Source of the DNA: Geosiphon pyriformis uo1 | Taxonomy: Eukaryota; Fungi; Glomeromycota | Reading direction: 5' to 3' | Length of the DNA stretch: 64,000 nucleotides | Assembly (NCBI GenBank): GCA_016748015.1 | Contig: JAAOMT010000772.1 | Span: forward strand, 65,541 to 129,540 | Part shown: piece after piece, positions 16,873-31,089 of the stretch | How positions within the stretch are numbered: position 1 is the first letter of the stretch | Layout of the letters: every line of letters starts with the position of its first letter | Program-made: the position numbers and the translations under genes | Notes under the pieces: generated by a model | Seen by the model: only the letters and a program-made list of their open reading frames with translations | What the model was told of the DNA's origin: nothing | Database searches by the model: none

Positions 16873-18143
16873 CGCATAGTCTATGCTTATGCTAAAATTT
16901 CAACACAGTGATGGAGGAAGCAACCTAATACATTATCGCATCATCATCACCAATTTCCTTCGAGTTTTTAGCGCAAGGGAATAAAAAGACTTTTCAAAGA
17001 GCTTTATCAAAAGCTTTTCAAAAAAATTTGCATTTTTAATTTCCATTTCAAAACTCCTTGCACAAACAATTATATTTAGAAATTATTATGACCCAATTTG
17101 CGATTATAATCAAATTTCTTGGCATTATGTTTACCGCCATTCATTATTCAGCCGCAGCTATCTTTGGTTGCTTCTTTTAAATCCTTTTCTCAATTTTGTC
17201 AAAACAAGACGAACAATCAACAACACTCAGCATGCACACTTCAATCCTATGCTTTTTTCTATCCCTCTTCATCTTAATAGCACTGGAATTATACATTTTT
17301 CATATTTTTGGCGTGATTCGAAAAAGTGGTAACTTACCAAATGGAAAAGTAGGAAGGGTGTTGGATGAGTAGCCATTAGAGAATTCTTTTCCAAGTTATT
17401 ATTTTTCGAAGATGGCATTTGTCAAAAGCCACGAAGGATGTTATATTTATATAAATAGTTTGAATTAGATTTCCCTTATGGGATTTTGGTGGTATTATCA
17501 AAAGGATAATGGATACATCATTTTTTGTTAAATGATTTTAGTATGAAACACTCACTGGACAGGATGTAAAGACTCTCCAGATGAAACGAAGTTGTGAATT
17601 TCTTGATATTTTCTTGTATATTTTGTTTTTTCTTTTTATATATTTTGTCAGTAAATGGGTCAGGAAGCAGCAGATTTTTAAAGTGGGTGTATGTGTAAGA
17701 TATCATGTAAAGATGGTCTGGTTGAGTTGTGCTCCAAAGCGGATAGCATTTAGAGTTAAGACATAAACAGTCTACTGGCTATTTATCATATTTCTTTGCT
17801 TTAAGTCTGAGTTGCAAATGGGGTGTGCTTTTCGATTAATAATATCAGTGTATTTTGATTATGATCTGTTATCTCACGTACAAGGTAAAGGTAAAATCAG
17901 TATTAATAAGCGAGTTTTTTTTTGAAAAATTTCCTGTGTTCTATTAGACTTGATATAGCTTGAATTTGAGATTATCGCGTCTTGTGAAGGGAATATGTAA
18001 TATCCCATCTTATTTATAATCAAATGTCTGACTGAATGAAAAATCCCGAAATTGTTTCTTAAAAGTGTAATTCCTAGACTTGACTTCTTTTACTCATCTC
18101 ATCTAGATATGTCGGTGAAGTAAATTTTTTAATAAAATTTCTT

Positions 18144-19021
18144 TTAATCATTAATGGGAATGTAGCCCGGTTTCTCTTCGATTCTACGCAACCATGCTTT
18201 GACCTTTGGGAAGCTATCAATCGAGAATCCACCTTTAATTAACAGATAAATTAGATATTGATTTTATGGTAAAATCATGTATAGCATGAAATCATTTTTT
18301 GAATAAAATATGAAAGAATAAACTCTTACCTTCCTCAGCACAATGAGTATGCGCATACAATGCAATATCTGCAATGGTAAATCGATCTCCAACAAAAAAT
18401 TGACGTGTTTCCAAATGCCTTTCCATTATGTTTAACGCTTCATAACCATAACGTTGCTTCTCCACAATTTGATCCAAGTATTTTGGGTCTTCAGACCTGT
18501 TCAGAAACAAAATCCACCAACGTAAAGTGGCGATATTCGGCTGGTGGGAATATTGTTCCCAAAACAACCATTGCAATACTTGAGCGTATTCCAAGGGGTT
18601 TGATGGAAGAAGAGGTGTATTAGTTGCGAGATAAATTAGAATAGCGTTGGATTCTGCTAGGGTTGTGCTTTGTATTCCGTTCCCTACTTGCACCTCAATG
18701 GCTGAATCTCCAGAATTCGTAATTCCACTGATTTCTGGAATTCTCTTCATATGTTCATATCCAGCGGGTATGATAATTATGGGTACTTGTCCAGTCAACG
18801 AGACATCAGTTAGGAATTTTTCAGTACGTGATTCATCTTTAAGAATATCGACATCAACGCGGTTATAAGGTACGCGAAGGAGTGAAAGCAAAAGGCGTAC
18901 CTTTTAAAATTTTGCATTAAGAAATCTATAAAATAGATCGATGTAATTTTTAAAAGTATAATTGATTTCTATTTACCTTGTAACAATTGCCAGAAGCACC
19001 AAAATCGTGTAAAGTTAACAT
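18144..19021 (-). CDS. glutathione S-transferase family protein (bacterial-like SGNCYK subtype), 234 aa
   Basis: Exons 19021-18977, 18900-18330 and 18232-18144 (705 nt, GT-AG introns). Motifs: MLTLHDFGASGNCYKVRLLL, GQVP, LAESNAIL, WLFWEQYSHQP, FTIADIALY. Confidence 0.92.
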
Positions 19022-20039
19022 TTGGTAAAAAGAATTTCTTGGGTCCACTATTATGGTAATAATCACAAGTTGGAGCAATTTAAAAATACGTTATTATATT
19101 ACTTTTAATTTCATCCAATATTGTTCAAATGATGAATTTTTTTTTACAAATCTGCTTATTAAATTATAGTATTAAAATTTTGTTTTTTTATTTTATTAAA
19201 AAAAATAATTTATAATATTATTTTTGTTAAAGGTAATTAAAAAATCTCCATAATATAAAGGTATTCAACATTTTTAAATTATATTTGTTATTAATAAAAT
19301 AATTTTTATTTTAAAATTTTGTGTAAGTCAAAAAATAAAAAATTTAAACCCAATTTTATTTAAAAAAAACAATTATAATATTTTATTAATATATTAACTA
19401 AAAACTTAGTTTTAATATAAAGTAATAATAAATAATTTTTTTATTATGTTTTAACAAAGTGTAATTTAATCATTAATTATAACATAAAATTCAAAAATCT
19501 TACAAATAACTATAATTTACATATTTTTTACATATAACTAGTTATTTAAACCAATATTACCAAAGATTTTTCTATTATTTTTTGTTATTAATATCAACTT
19601 ATTATTAATTCTGTTGTTATAAAAGTTATTAAATTTCTGATAAGTTAATTTATTTTCAAAGTATTTTTCTATACTTTGAATTATTTGTGCTATTAATTTA
19701 TAATAAAATAGTCAATTCTGTGTTAATTACTTATGTATAATTATTTTGTAATAAAAATTAATTCTTTTATAAATATTTTTAATTTTAAAATATTAATTAG
19801 AATTTATAAATTTTAAAGTTGTATTAATTATAAAATAAGTTTTTGGTTTTTAAGATAAAAATTTATTTTGTTAATTTGTTTTATAGCAAATTAATTTCTA
19901 AAAAAGATTATTTTAAGTTAAAATATATTTTCTTAAAAAGAAAAGCTTTTTTTTATACAACTTATTATAATATTATTTTGAATTTTAAGAGTTTTTTTTT
20001 GTTATTATTTTAATAAACTGTTAAATATTTTGGCAAATT

Positions 20040-21808
20040 TCTAAAAAATTAATTTACAGATCAGATATCATCTGGTTCAAATGATTGATAAATGATAATC
20101 AAATTTAGCAGTTATACTTATTATAGTTTTTTCTTCATTTTTAAATGTTCTGTTTTTCTTAACATTTGTCATAATATGGCTCAAAGTTAACAATATACTG
20201 TAAATCTTCTTAACAAAGGTCTTATTATTTTTGAAACACATTATAATTTGTTTATTTGGAATTGGTGAATTCAAAAACAATTTGAAAATGAGGTTTTTAC
20301 TATATCTTATTGATTGTATATGCATATTGGTTTAAACTAAACAAACAATAGTTTATAATAACAATAGTAAAACAAACTAATTGTTAGAAATCTGGCTTTA
20401 TTTGTACTAGTGGTTCAGAATTTAGTAATATTGAAAACTTATATTCAATTGCAATCAATACTTTGTATTAAAGTATATTTGGTATCAAGACAGAATACTT
20501 GGGTCTTTCAATTCTTAGTTTCAATAATAAAGCTCTTGTTTAGAAATTAACAAAAGAAATTTCATTTGTATCATTGTTTCTGAAAATTGACAAACATACA
20601 ATTGTTATTAATTCAATTAGATGTTTATCTTTTAAAAATTACTATGGTGCAGGAACAGAATATATCTTAACAATAATAACAAAAATAAGTAGACAAAAAT
20701 GACCTATTGTACAAAAAATTAACAAATCTACTTGTTATTTACATATATATTAAGATAAAACATGTATTAGATCAATTGAAAATAAAACACCCAACAACAT
20801 TTGGAAAAAATTAGGAATTCTTACCAAATACAATGGAGAAACTTTTTTTGGTATCAAACATTTTAATACACAATCTTTATTTCAATCAATGAATTATAAA
20901 AAATCATTTGTATATACACCAAATAAATAGAGTAATAAAAACATACTGAAATGTATTTTTGACAAGCAAATCAAGTCAAGAAAAATTTCTATGCAAATGT
21001 TAAATTGAATGGCTTTGTTTTATGAATAGTATAATCAAAAGAGCAATATTGTTCAATTCTTAAAAATATTGGAAAAAATTTACCTGTCAGATTATACTAT
21101 ATCAAAAAAAGAATTATCTGCTTGATAAGCCATATTTTGAAATTGTGAATGTTATAAAATTACTCCATATAGTAAAAAAATAGCAAACATAGAATTTTGG
21201 ACTAAATTAAACACATCTAATTATAATAAAAATATTTTAAAAGCATTATATAATACTGGTTTTTTATGTATAATACTATTTGAACCAATAATTATTAACA
21301 ATTTAAAAGAAATAGTTACTTTTTGGAAGAGTTTTAGATTAACTTACAAATCTAATATTGATGAAGCATATAGTAAAATTAGAATTTTGTCTATTATTGT
21401 AGAAAAGTTTTCTTATTTAGTATTAAAACAATAGCTTAAGATAAAAAATCAAGATTTTTATAATATGTTATATTCTAATACTTACTATAAAATTAGATCA
21501 AATTAGATACAATAAATGCCATAAAAAAACATGTAAAATTATATGGTTCTGAATTATCTCCTTTTGAGAAACCAAAGTGTACTTGCCAAAAGATGTCCAA
21601 AATCAAAAAATTGCAATTTATTGAATTTTTTCTAGACAAAAATAATGTCACTATGAGTTCTTACAAAGTAGACTCAAAATCAAATTTGTTTGTTTTGTAT
21701 ATAAAAGACCAAAAAAAAGCTTTGTGAGAAAAATTTTCTAAAACTTACTTAAACAGAATAAAAAAAACTTTATTTATAAGATGATTGGCTAATAATATAC
21801 ACATTTGT
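20040..21808 (+). pseudogene. heavily decayed repeat-derived ORF, possibly a DNA-transposon remnant
   Basis: Protein-like stretches with many stops (e.g. FFLDKNNVTMSSYKVDSKSNL.VLYIKDQK), interrupted by the LTR at 21809. Family not determined. Confidence 0.35.
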
Positions 21809-24779
21809 TGTTACTCATAAAAAGGAAAATAGATATAGAAAATAGTAAACCAATAGGAGAGTAGTAGTTAACACATGAGCATATTGCTCAGCAATATAAA
21901 GCAATGTTAGAAATTACAGCATATTGTTCAACAATATAGAACAATATTAAAAAATTAGAGCACATTGCTCAGCAATATGAGCATTGCTTAAGAAATCATA
22001 GCACATTGTTTGGAAATGTGAGTGATCTTATAGAACATTAATTATGTATATATAGCAGTAGCATTAAAAGAAGAAAAGACAGACTTTTTAGTTTAGATTT
22101 GATCTAAGCAACTTTTTATATTACAAATATCAATAAATAATTATTTAATATCTTAAATCCACTCCACACTATTAATACTTTATGTTGATAGTAATTGATA
22201 CTTAACCACACTAGAACAATAGCTTTTGATTATGGCTATTAATGAAATACTAACATTTATTGTCTTGGTTTATTTCTTTATTTTTTATTTTTTTTATTTT
22301 ATTTTGTTTTATTATTTCTTATTATTGATTAATTGATTAAAAAGAAAAAATGCTGAGTTATTGATGTCATGGATAGCCTGGTAAAAGACTCAGAAATAAA
22401 GGTATAAGATTTATAAATTAACAGATAGCTTACCAGAAAAGCACAATTGCCAGAATAAACTGGTCATCACACTAAAAACAGAAATTGGAAAAACAACTTA
22501 AGAAATCCACTAAAACCAACTATAGTGAATCTCTGTCTATTATACAAAGAATTTAACCAAAACTTTCAGATCATGAAAATCTTCAGAAACCAACATCATT
22601 ATATTAACTAAGCACCAAGTTACAGATTTGTTATTTGTTTTAAGACCCCAAATAATCATCTGTAACATTTAGTGCTCTTTGTGAGGTATAATCTTACAGA
22701 AAGCCAATATTAACGACAATTATCTAAAAGTGGCAGAATCAGAAATAATAGGGACAAACCATTTAGGATTTGCTAAATTCTTATTTCAACAGTACAGCCA
22801 ATAATTAGGCTTAACTAACAACTATTATCCAGCGGAATCAACCTTCAACTTTTATGTTAACAAAAAAATTACAGATTTTCTGAGAAGACCAATTGACATT
22901 GAATCAACAAGAAAAAATTTCTATACAGAATTAATCCAACACACTAGTTTATCATGAAATTACAGTTTTGCACCAATTATTAGAGAAATTAATCAAGAAA
23001 TTAAAAGATATACTTAACAACAATTTTTCATTACCTATGCAAATAAAAATAAAGGAAAGTTACAAACCCTAATAATAACTCTAAAAAGAATACAACTACC
23101 AACATAGAAGAAACAAAGAATCAAATCTCTACTATATCCATCATATCATTACACATCTGGAAGTACCATCAATATCACATCAATAGGTGTGTTCATATCA
23201 AATGCAACATTAACATTTGGATGACTCTCATTTTAAAGTAAACAAAAGAAAGCAGAATTATTAGGAACTTATGGCAATTACTTTGAAGAATTTAAATCAC
23301 AATTGCCAACACTATTAGGATTTTAATCACTGCTATCTCTACCAGATTTTGGAACTGCAAGTTCTTGGGAAATAACAGCATCAGAAGAAGAGAAAAAAGA
23401 GGACCAAAAATTTAATTATCAAAATCCAATCATGGAAAATCCGAAAGTTGAAACTCTGAATATTTAAACCCAGCAAACTCCAAATAATCTAAACTTCAAG
23501 TTAATTAATCAGAAAAACTTACCTCTAAAAATTGTCATCAATCAACAACAAATTAATCTGATTGTTGAACAACTTCAACAGTCACTAATATTATCCCAAC
23601 AATTACCTCTTCAATCATCACAACAACCAAACTTAGATCTAATGGCCTACACTCCAATAGCAAAGCTTGAAAAGTTTACAGGCAAAAAAAACGATGCCCA
23701 AGTGTGGCTAAATAATGTGGAAAAAGCCATTGCAGCCAACAGATAGAATGATGCCAAAGCCATGTAAGCCATTCCATATTTCCTCTAGGATACTACTGAC
23801 TTGTGGTATCAAAGCTTGGTTAACAAACTTTAAGATTTCAATGCATTTAAGATTGCATTTCTACAATATTTCAGCAATAATAATAGCATCAACTGACTGG
23901 CCAATACTTTTATTACCATTAAACAAGGAGAAAATGAAGCAGTCATTACCTATTTAGGATGTTTTCATAAGAATTTACACCAAATTTAGGCAATCCAAGC
24001 TGATTATTTTACAGTGCCACAAATTCTAAATCAATTCATTAGAAGTCTGCACAGTAGTATCTTTTAACACATATATTTATTATATCTAGCAGACTTTCAA
24101 GCCACAATTACAAATGCCAGAGATTTTGAAGCAGCTAAACTCAAAGCTAACCACACCTAAGCCATAAATTTAGTGATAAACAGATTATTTGACTTGGATT
24201 CCAAATTGAAGCAATTCAGTGAATCAATCAATCAGAAATTAGAGGGATACTTAGCTAACAACAATTAGACAATTTATTAATCTCTTCAATAACACAATAA
24301 TCAAGAAAACTCTAATTGTGTTCAAAATCAACTGTGTTCAGCATCATCAAGCAATCAACAGTGACAATAGGAAACACATAATTGTCACTATTGTGAGAAA
24401 CAAGAACATTTACAAATCGACTGTTGCTGTCACTTAAATAACTAATAATCTAGAAATCAGTATCGAAATCCTGATTACCAGTTTTAAACTTCGAGTTACC
24501 AACCAAACCCAGAACCATATTATCAGAATTACTTACCAATAATGCAACAACTAATATATTAACCACCAATATATCAGACACCAACACCTGTAATATATCA
24601 ACCATAGTCACAAGTAATATATTAGTCTCCACAAATTCAAACACTACCACAAAACTTATCTCAAAATGGAATTCAAAGACTGAAAATGACACAACAAAGC
24701 TGGAGATCAGCGATAATAATCCATTAATCAATCACCAGTTCTTCAGCTCAACTATTAGGATCTCGACAGTGGAATTTGG
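21809..24779 (+). mobile_element. Ty3/gypsy copy E (family-2-type LTR 21809-22667, PBS, decayed gag), interrupted by copy F
   Basis: TGTTACTCAT...CTGTAACA termini, PBS TTT(A/G)GTGCTC, gag motifs (AKLEKFTG..DAQVWL, CHYC.K..H...C knuckle). Confidence 0.87.
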
Positions 24780-27700
24780 TGTTACTCATAGAATATAGGA
24801 GGTATATTAGCATATAAACTAACCAATCAGAAGTAACTATAGTAAATGTGGAATTCTAAGATTCCTCTCAGAGGAATTACAGGATTCCAGAAATTTCAGG
24901 ATTCTTATACAAAGAATCGCAGAATTCCAGAATTCCAGGATTTCAAGAATTCCAGAATTCCTGGCATGAAAAATTGAAGAATTAAGGAATCTCAATTATG
25001 TATATATAGCAGTAGGATTAGAAGTAAAAAAGACAGATCTCTTAGTTTAAATTTGATCTAAGCAATCTTCTATTTACAAATATCAATAAAATATTATTTT
25101 TTATCTCCAATCTACTCTCTACTATTAACATTTTATGTTGGTAATAATTGATACTTAACCACACTGGAACAATAGCTCTTAATTACAGCTATTGATAGGA
25201 TACTAACTTACAATTACTTTTGTTTAAATTTTTTATTTTCTTTATTTTTTTTTATTTCTTTTGTATTTTTTTTTGGTTGATTAATTGATTAAGGATTAAA
25301 GTACTAAGTTACAGACATCATAGGGACTAGTAAAAGACCTGTGAAACAAGGGTAGAACATTTATAGATTTAAGGATAGCTTACCAGAAGAATTACTGGCC
25401 ACTATGCTGAGAAAAAAATTTGATGGAATCATAATTCTGGGAGGTTACAGAAACAACTATTGAATCTCTGTTTATTATACAAAAAACTCCACAACAAAAC
25501 CTTTAGATACTAATGCCAAAAATATCAATCAAGCACCAAGTTATGGGTTTGTTATTTGCTTTAAGAACCCAAATAATTACTTGTAACATTTGGTGCTCTC
25601 TGTAAGGTATAATTCTACAGAGAACTAGCACCAACTACAACTGTTTCAAAAGTGGCAGAAACAGAAATAGTAGGAACAAACCATTTAGGATTTGCCAAAT
25701 TCTTATTCCAACAGTACAGCCAACAATTAAAATTAAGCAATAATCATTATCCAGCAAAATCAGCCTTCAATTTTTATGTCAATAAAAGAATCAAAGATTT
25801 CTTAGGAGTACCAGTTAACATTGAATCAGCAAGGGAGAATTTCTACACAGAATTAATTTAACATACCAGCTTACCACAAAATCATAGTTTTGTGCCAATT
25901 ATCAAGGAAATTAATCAAACCATTAAAAAATATACACAACAATAATTTCCCATTACCTATGCAGACAAAGATAAAGGAAAATTACAAACATCAGCAGTAA
26001 CACCAAAAAAAATCCAAGTACCAAACTGGAAAAAACAAAGAATTGAATTCCCAACATATCTATCATATTATCACACACCTGGAAGTACAATTAATATTTT
26101 ATTAGCAGGCATGTCCACATCAACCTTTGGATAACTTTTATTTCAAAGTAAACAAAAGAAAGCAGAATTACTAGGAACTTATGGTGATTACTTTGAAAGA
26201 TTTAAATTATGCTTGCCAATGCCATTAAGATTCCAATTACTGCCATCTCAACCAGATTTTGAAATAGCTAATTTGTGAGAGATAACTGAATTAGAAGAGA
26301 AGGAAGATAACAATCAGAAATTCAATTACCAAAACCCAATTGCTAAAAACCCAGAAATTGAAATCCTGAACATTCAAACTCACAAAGACCTGATTGTAGA
26401 AAATCTGGAAATTAAAACTCTGAATTTTTAAACTTCCCAAAATCAGAATGATCTAATCCTTGACATTAATAATCAACAAAACTTATTTTCAGTAATCATT
26501 ATCAACCCACCACCAGTTGACACATTATAACAACTACTGCCACAACCTCTAATTCAATTACCATCACAACAACAACAACAACTGAACTTAGATCCAATGG
26601 CTTACACTCCAGTAGCAAAACTCGAGAAATTCACAGGTGAAGAGAACAACACACAAATGTGGCTGAATGATGTGAAAAAAGTCATCACAGTCAACAGATG
26701 AAACAATACTAAAGCACTCTAAGCTATCTTCTATTTCTTACAGAATACTACTGACTCGTGGTATCAAAGTTTAGTCATTAAACCTCAAACATTCCAAAAA
26801 TTTAAAGTTGCATTCTTGGGATATTTCAGTAATAATAACAGTATTAATTGCCTAGCCAACACATTTACTACTATTAAACAAAAAGAAACTGAAGCAGTTA
26901 CCACTTACTTGGGACATTTCTACAGGAATTTGCACCAAATTCAAGTAATTCAAGCTGATTATTTTACAGTGCCACTGATTCTAAACCAGTTCATCTGTAA
27001 ACTGTACAGTAGCATCCTCCAATGTGTATGCCCAATGCACTCACAAACTTTCCAAGATGCAGTTACTAATGCATGAAACTTCAAAGCCACCAAACTCGAA
27101 ACTAACTATGGTTAAGCTGTTAATTTAGTGATGAATGAATCATCTAAATTGGATTCTAAGCTGAAACAATTCAGTGATTCTATTGATAAAAAATTAGAAG
27201 GGTACTTAGCTAACAATCAGGCAGTTTATTAACCTCCACAATAATGCACTAATCAAGGAAATGCAAATCATTTCCAGAATCAGTTATATTTATCATCTGC
27301 GACCAATCAACAGTGGTAGCAGGAAATGTGTATTTGCCACTACTGTGATAAACAAAAACATTTGAGAATCAACTATAGGTTAAAAATAGAAAACTAATGA
27401 TTGGGAAACCAATATCAAAATCCTGATTACAGGTTTTAAACTCTGAATTATCAATTAAACCCAGAATTATATCAAATAAATTATCTACCTATAATGCAAC
27501 AGCCAATCTATTAACTATTAATTTATCAACCGACAATACCAGTAACTTATTAACTGCAGTTCCAACCCATCTATCAGTTACAGCCCCAAGTAATCTATCA
27601 ACCCCAACAAATTCAAACACCATCATAAAACTTTACTTCAAAACAGAGCCCAAAGACTGAAAATGACACAACAAAGCTAGAGATTGTCAATAATAGTCCA

Positions 27701-28333
27701 TTAACTAATCTCCAGTTTCTCAAACCAGCCATCAGGATCTCAACAATAGAATTTGGACACTGGATACACCCAAAACCTGAATGTTCAACACTATTTAAGT
27801 CTTTTAGTTACCCTAAAAAATGTTTCACCCAACAACCAGGAATCTAACCAGAACAAATCACTTACCAGCAACATACTTCCAGCCACTATAACCAATGATA
27901 AATCACTAGCAGCAATTTTTCCATTTGAATTTGAGGAATCATCACAAATACCATTGTTTAGTAGAGCCACACTTGAGGAAAAACCCATTACTGCTATGTA
28001 TACTGATGTTAAAGTCAATGGTCAGGTCATAAAACTGATCCTAAATAGTGGTTTAGCTGGCAGCATTATCACTAGACAACTCATGGATCAATTAAGTCAC
28101 TGAGTTGACTGTGCTGTCAGTGCAAAAATTATCACCACTAATGGTATCATGAAAACACCTATTGGTGAGATTGACAAGTTTTCATTCAAAATCAACAGTT
28201 TTATTATGTCTATTAAAGTTTTAGTGATAGAAGCCACCCAATATCAAGCTTTAGTTGGTAACAACTGGCTGTTCAAGACCAACATTATACTTAACTGGAC
28301 CACCCAAAAACTACAACTTAGCCAAAATAGTCA
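24780..28333 (+). mobile_element. Ty3/gypsy copy F (LTR 24780-25588, PBS, gag, protease), 3'-truncated
   Basis: TGTTACTCAT...TTGTAACA termini, PBS TTTGGTGCTC at 25589, gag AETEIVGTNHLGF, protease LILNSGLAGS...VLVIEATQYQALVGNNWL. Confidence 0.88.
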
Positions 28334-29545
28334 GGTGTTTTGTTTAGAAAGAATGCAAATTCCAATTTTCACAATAAATGCTAATTGGAAAAAAAGTGTA
28401 TTTACTAAAAAATTGTGTCAAAGAATTTATCAATTAATTGAAATAAAGTCAAAGGTTATTCTGGGATTGCTGGCAATAAGCATGCTAATTTTCTAACTGA
28501 TACTGCCACCATGTTTGATTTATGTTGTTAGTTGGTGTGTTATGCTATTTTCTAGCTATTAAAGACAGACTTGTTTTTGGAAATGCTCATTATTTTATCA
28601 AGTGTCTTTTTAATATTGTTAGCTTTGTTAATTAGGATTTCAAATGTGCAAAAAACTGTGTAAATAGTGCTCTGTATAATGTGTTTAATATAGATAAAAC
28701 CTTTAGTGTATGACATTCTGATAGTAGGTTTTGATTTGGTTTTATTAGTTTTGTTTCTGTAGCACTCTGATTTTACTTTATAAAGACTCTATATTACCAA
28801 TTGTCTGTGGTCAAAAAAAAAACTGTACAATTTGAGCTATTTCAGTATGTTGTATATTTATTGTGAATTGGTTAAAAACTCTGATCCCATGTTTTTTTGT
28901 GTTCATAATATAAATACTAAAAAGGATCTAATCTTAAGAACTGTTGAATCTTAAACTAATTTATTGAATGTTTGTATTGCTAACAGTATAGTAATACAAT
29001 TTCTGTATAAGATTGAGTTTTTAAATTGTTTGTATATGTTATTGGTCAAAGGCTTTATGAAAAAAGAATGGGTAACTAACATGATATGCTTATTGGGTAG
29101 TGGTTCTAATGATGTGTCTTTGATTATTAATTTAGTCTAAAGTTTTATCAAGAGTTACAAATCCATTATGTGGTTGTCAACTGCCAAGCTGAGGATGCAT
29201 TATAAGAAACAGAGTTTCTTGTCATGTAATGAGTTCATAATACCAATTATATTTGGTCTGGCTTTCTTGTGATCTTTTGGTATGATTTTTGATTTCAGCA
29301 TTAAGATTGGTGTTTATGTTTGTTTTGGTTTGCATCCTTGTTTGTCTAGTGTACATTTTGACTTGCATGATTTTTTTGTGGTGAGTAGTTTAGGCGTTTA
29401 GTGTTGCCTTAATTGGCCCAAGTGGCTAGTCACATGTAGAAAGTGCATGAACCATACTTAATATAAGAGCTTGTATGATTCTATAGTCTTAAGTAGTGGT
29501 TGGGCTACACTTGTTAAAACGCTTAATAAAAATAAAAAAAAATAA
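28334..29545 (+). mobile_element. decayed 3' fragment of a non-LTR (LINE) retrotransposon with RNase H and zinc finger
   Basis: KVKGYSGIAGNKHAN matches the RNase H C-terminal motif KGHSG..GNE.AD. A LC.YC...E...H..C-like finger lies near 28850. The 3' UTR is shared with 11.0 kb and ends in an A-rich tail. Confidence 0.68.
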
Positions 29546-29733
29546 TTTATTGGTGTAATAAACTAATTCAATAATATAATAGTTTAATAAAAAATAGAAT
29601 ATATAATTATAAGATTAATTTTATTCAAAATTATTAACTTATTAAAAAAACAAAAAAACAAAATTAAACTTTATTAATTATAATTAAGTAATATAAAAAA
29701 ATAAAAACATTAATATTACAAATTATTATAATA

Positions 29734-30339
29734 CAGAGGGTGTCCAAAAGTTTCCGAACAAGATTTTATTTAACAATAATATTTATTTTTTTATAAAATA
29801 AAACAAAATAAACAACATATTTATAATTTTATAGTAATTTTCTAAATTTTTCCATTAGGTGTTACTAAACGTTTAAGTCGGCGATATTTTTGGTGAGTAA
29901 ATAAACGTGGACGTCCTGAACGAGGTTTTGAATCAATTGAACCAGTTTCTTTAAATCGTTTTATTGTATCCGAAACTGTTGTCAAGCTGCAATTGACTAT
30001 GTTGGCAATATCACGATATTTCTTGCCATGCTGTTGTAATAAGCATATAGTATTACGTTGAGCGATCGTTAATTCTTTTTTTGCTCCCATTTCGTTTTAA
30101 TAAAAACGACGAAAAAATCTTATATGCGCGTTACATTTCATTTTTATAAAAAAACGAGTATGAATAAAATCGATTATGCGCGTCGCGAAAAAACATTATA
30201 CACGCGTGTTTAAAAAATAAAAAACGCGTAATTAAATAATTAACTAACTTAATTTAGTAATAAACTCGTGCTTTTCTAATTATTCAAGCATGTGGAATGT
30301 TACTCCAAAGTTTGTTCAGAAACTTTTGGACACCCTCTG
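29734..30339 (-). mobile_element. non-autonomous Tc1/mariner element, 606 bp
   Basis: 28-bp TIRs CAGAGGGTGTCCAAAAGTTTC(C/T)GAACAA with 1 mismatch, and TA on both sides (29732-33, 30340-41). Confidence 0.95.
29842..30090 (-). CDS. truncated Tc1-type transposase, N-terminal HTH DNA-binding domain only (82 aa)
   Basis: ELT..QR..I...G..YR.IA..V.CS.TTV..TIKRFKETGS...KPRSGRPR; no DDE domain. Confidence 0.85.
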   Translation of the reverse strand: MGAKKELTIAQRNTICLLQQHGKKYRDIANIVNCSLTTVSDTIKRFKETGSIDSKPRSGRPRLFTHQKYRRLKRLVTPNGKI

Positions 30340-31089
30340 TATTACTAATAATATTAATATCAAAAAACTTTAACATTTTTATAAACAAAATATAAAAAAT
30401 AAATTAATAAAATCTTTAAATTTTATAAATATCTTTAAAATACAAAAGTTTTAAAATTTAATATTATATAAAATACCAAAATTATAATAATTAAAAAGAA
30501 GATAATATATAACTTTAATTAAATAATTTTGAAAAAACAATTATTATTAATAATTAAAATATTATAATAATCATATAAAAAATTTTATAATTTTTTTAAA
30601 ATAAATAATATCTTCAAAACAGTATTTTTACAATATTTTAGCAATTTTAATAATATTATTTGTTTATAAAATCAATTTAATATTAAATAAAATAATAAGA
30701 AAGTAATTATTACTTATTAATATATTTTAATTACAATTTTTAACAAATTTAAATAATTAAACTTAATTATTATACAATATTACAAATTCTAAATTAATTT
30801 ATTAAAAGATTTAAAAACAGTGTTTTTTAATAAATATAACTAAAAATTTTTTAAAATTTTTTAAAAAGTTGTTATATTATTTAAAAATTTTAATTAATTA
30901 AACAAAAAGCAATTATAATAAATTATTAACTTAAAAATCAATAAAATATTTTATTTATAATTGATAATCAAGCTATATATTAATTAATTTAACAAAATAA
31001 TAATAATATATATTATTAAAATTCAACTTATTAATAAATTTAATTTCTTTGATAAAACATTATATTACCTATCTTTTTATAATTTAAAA

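Noticed and set aside
19150-20030. Extremely AT-rich tract as a functional element
   Set aside because: No ORF or defined repeat unit; most likely terminally decayed TE sequence.
24850-24990. CRISPR-like or satellite array
   Set aside because: Short degenerate units without unique spacers; part of LTR U3 in a eukaryote.
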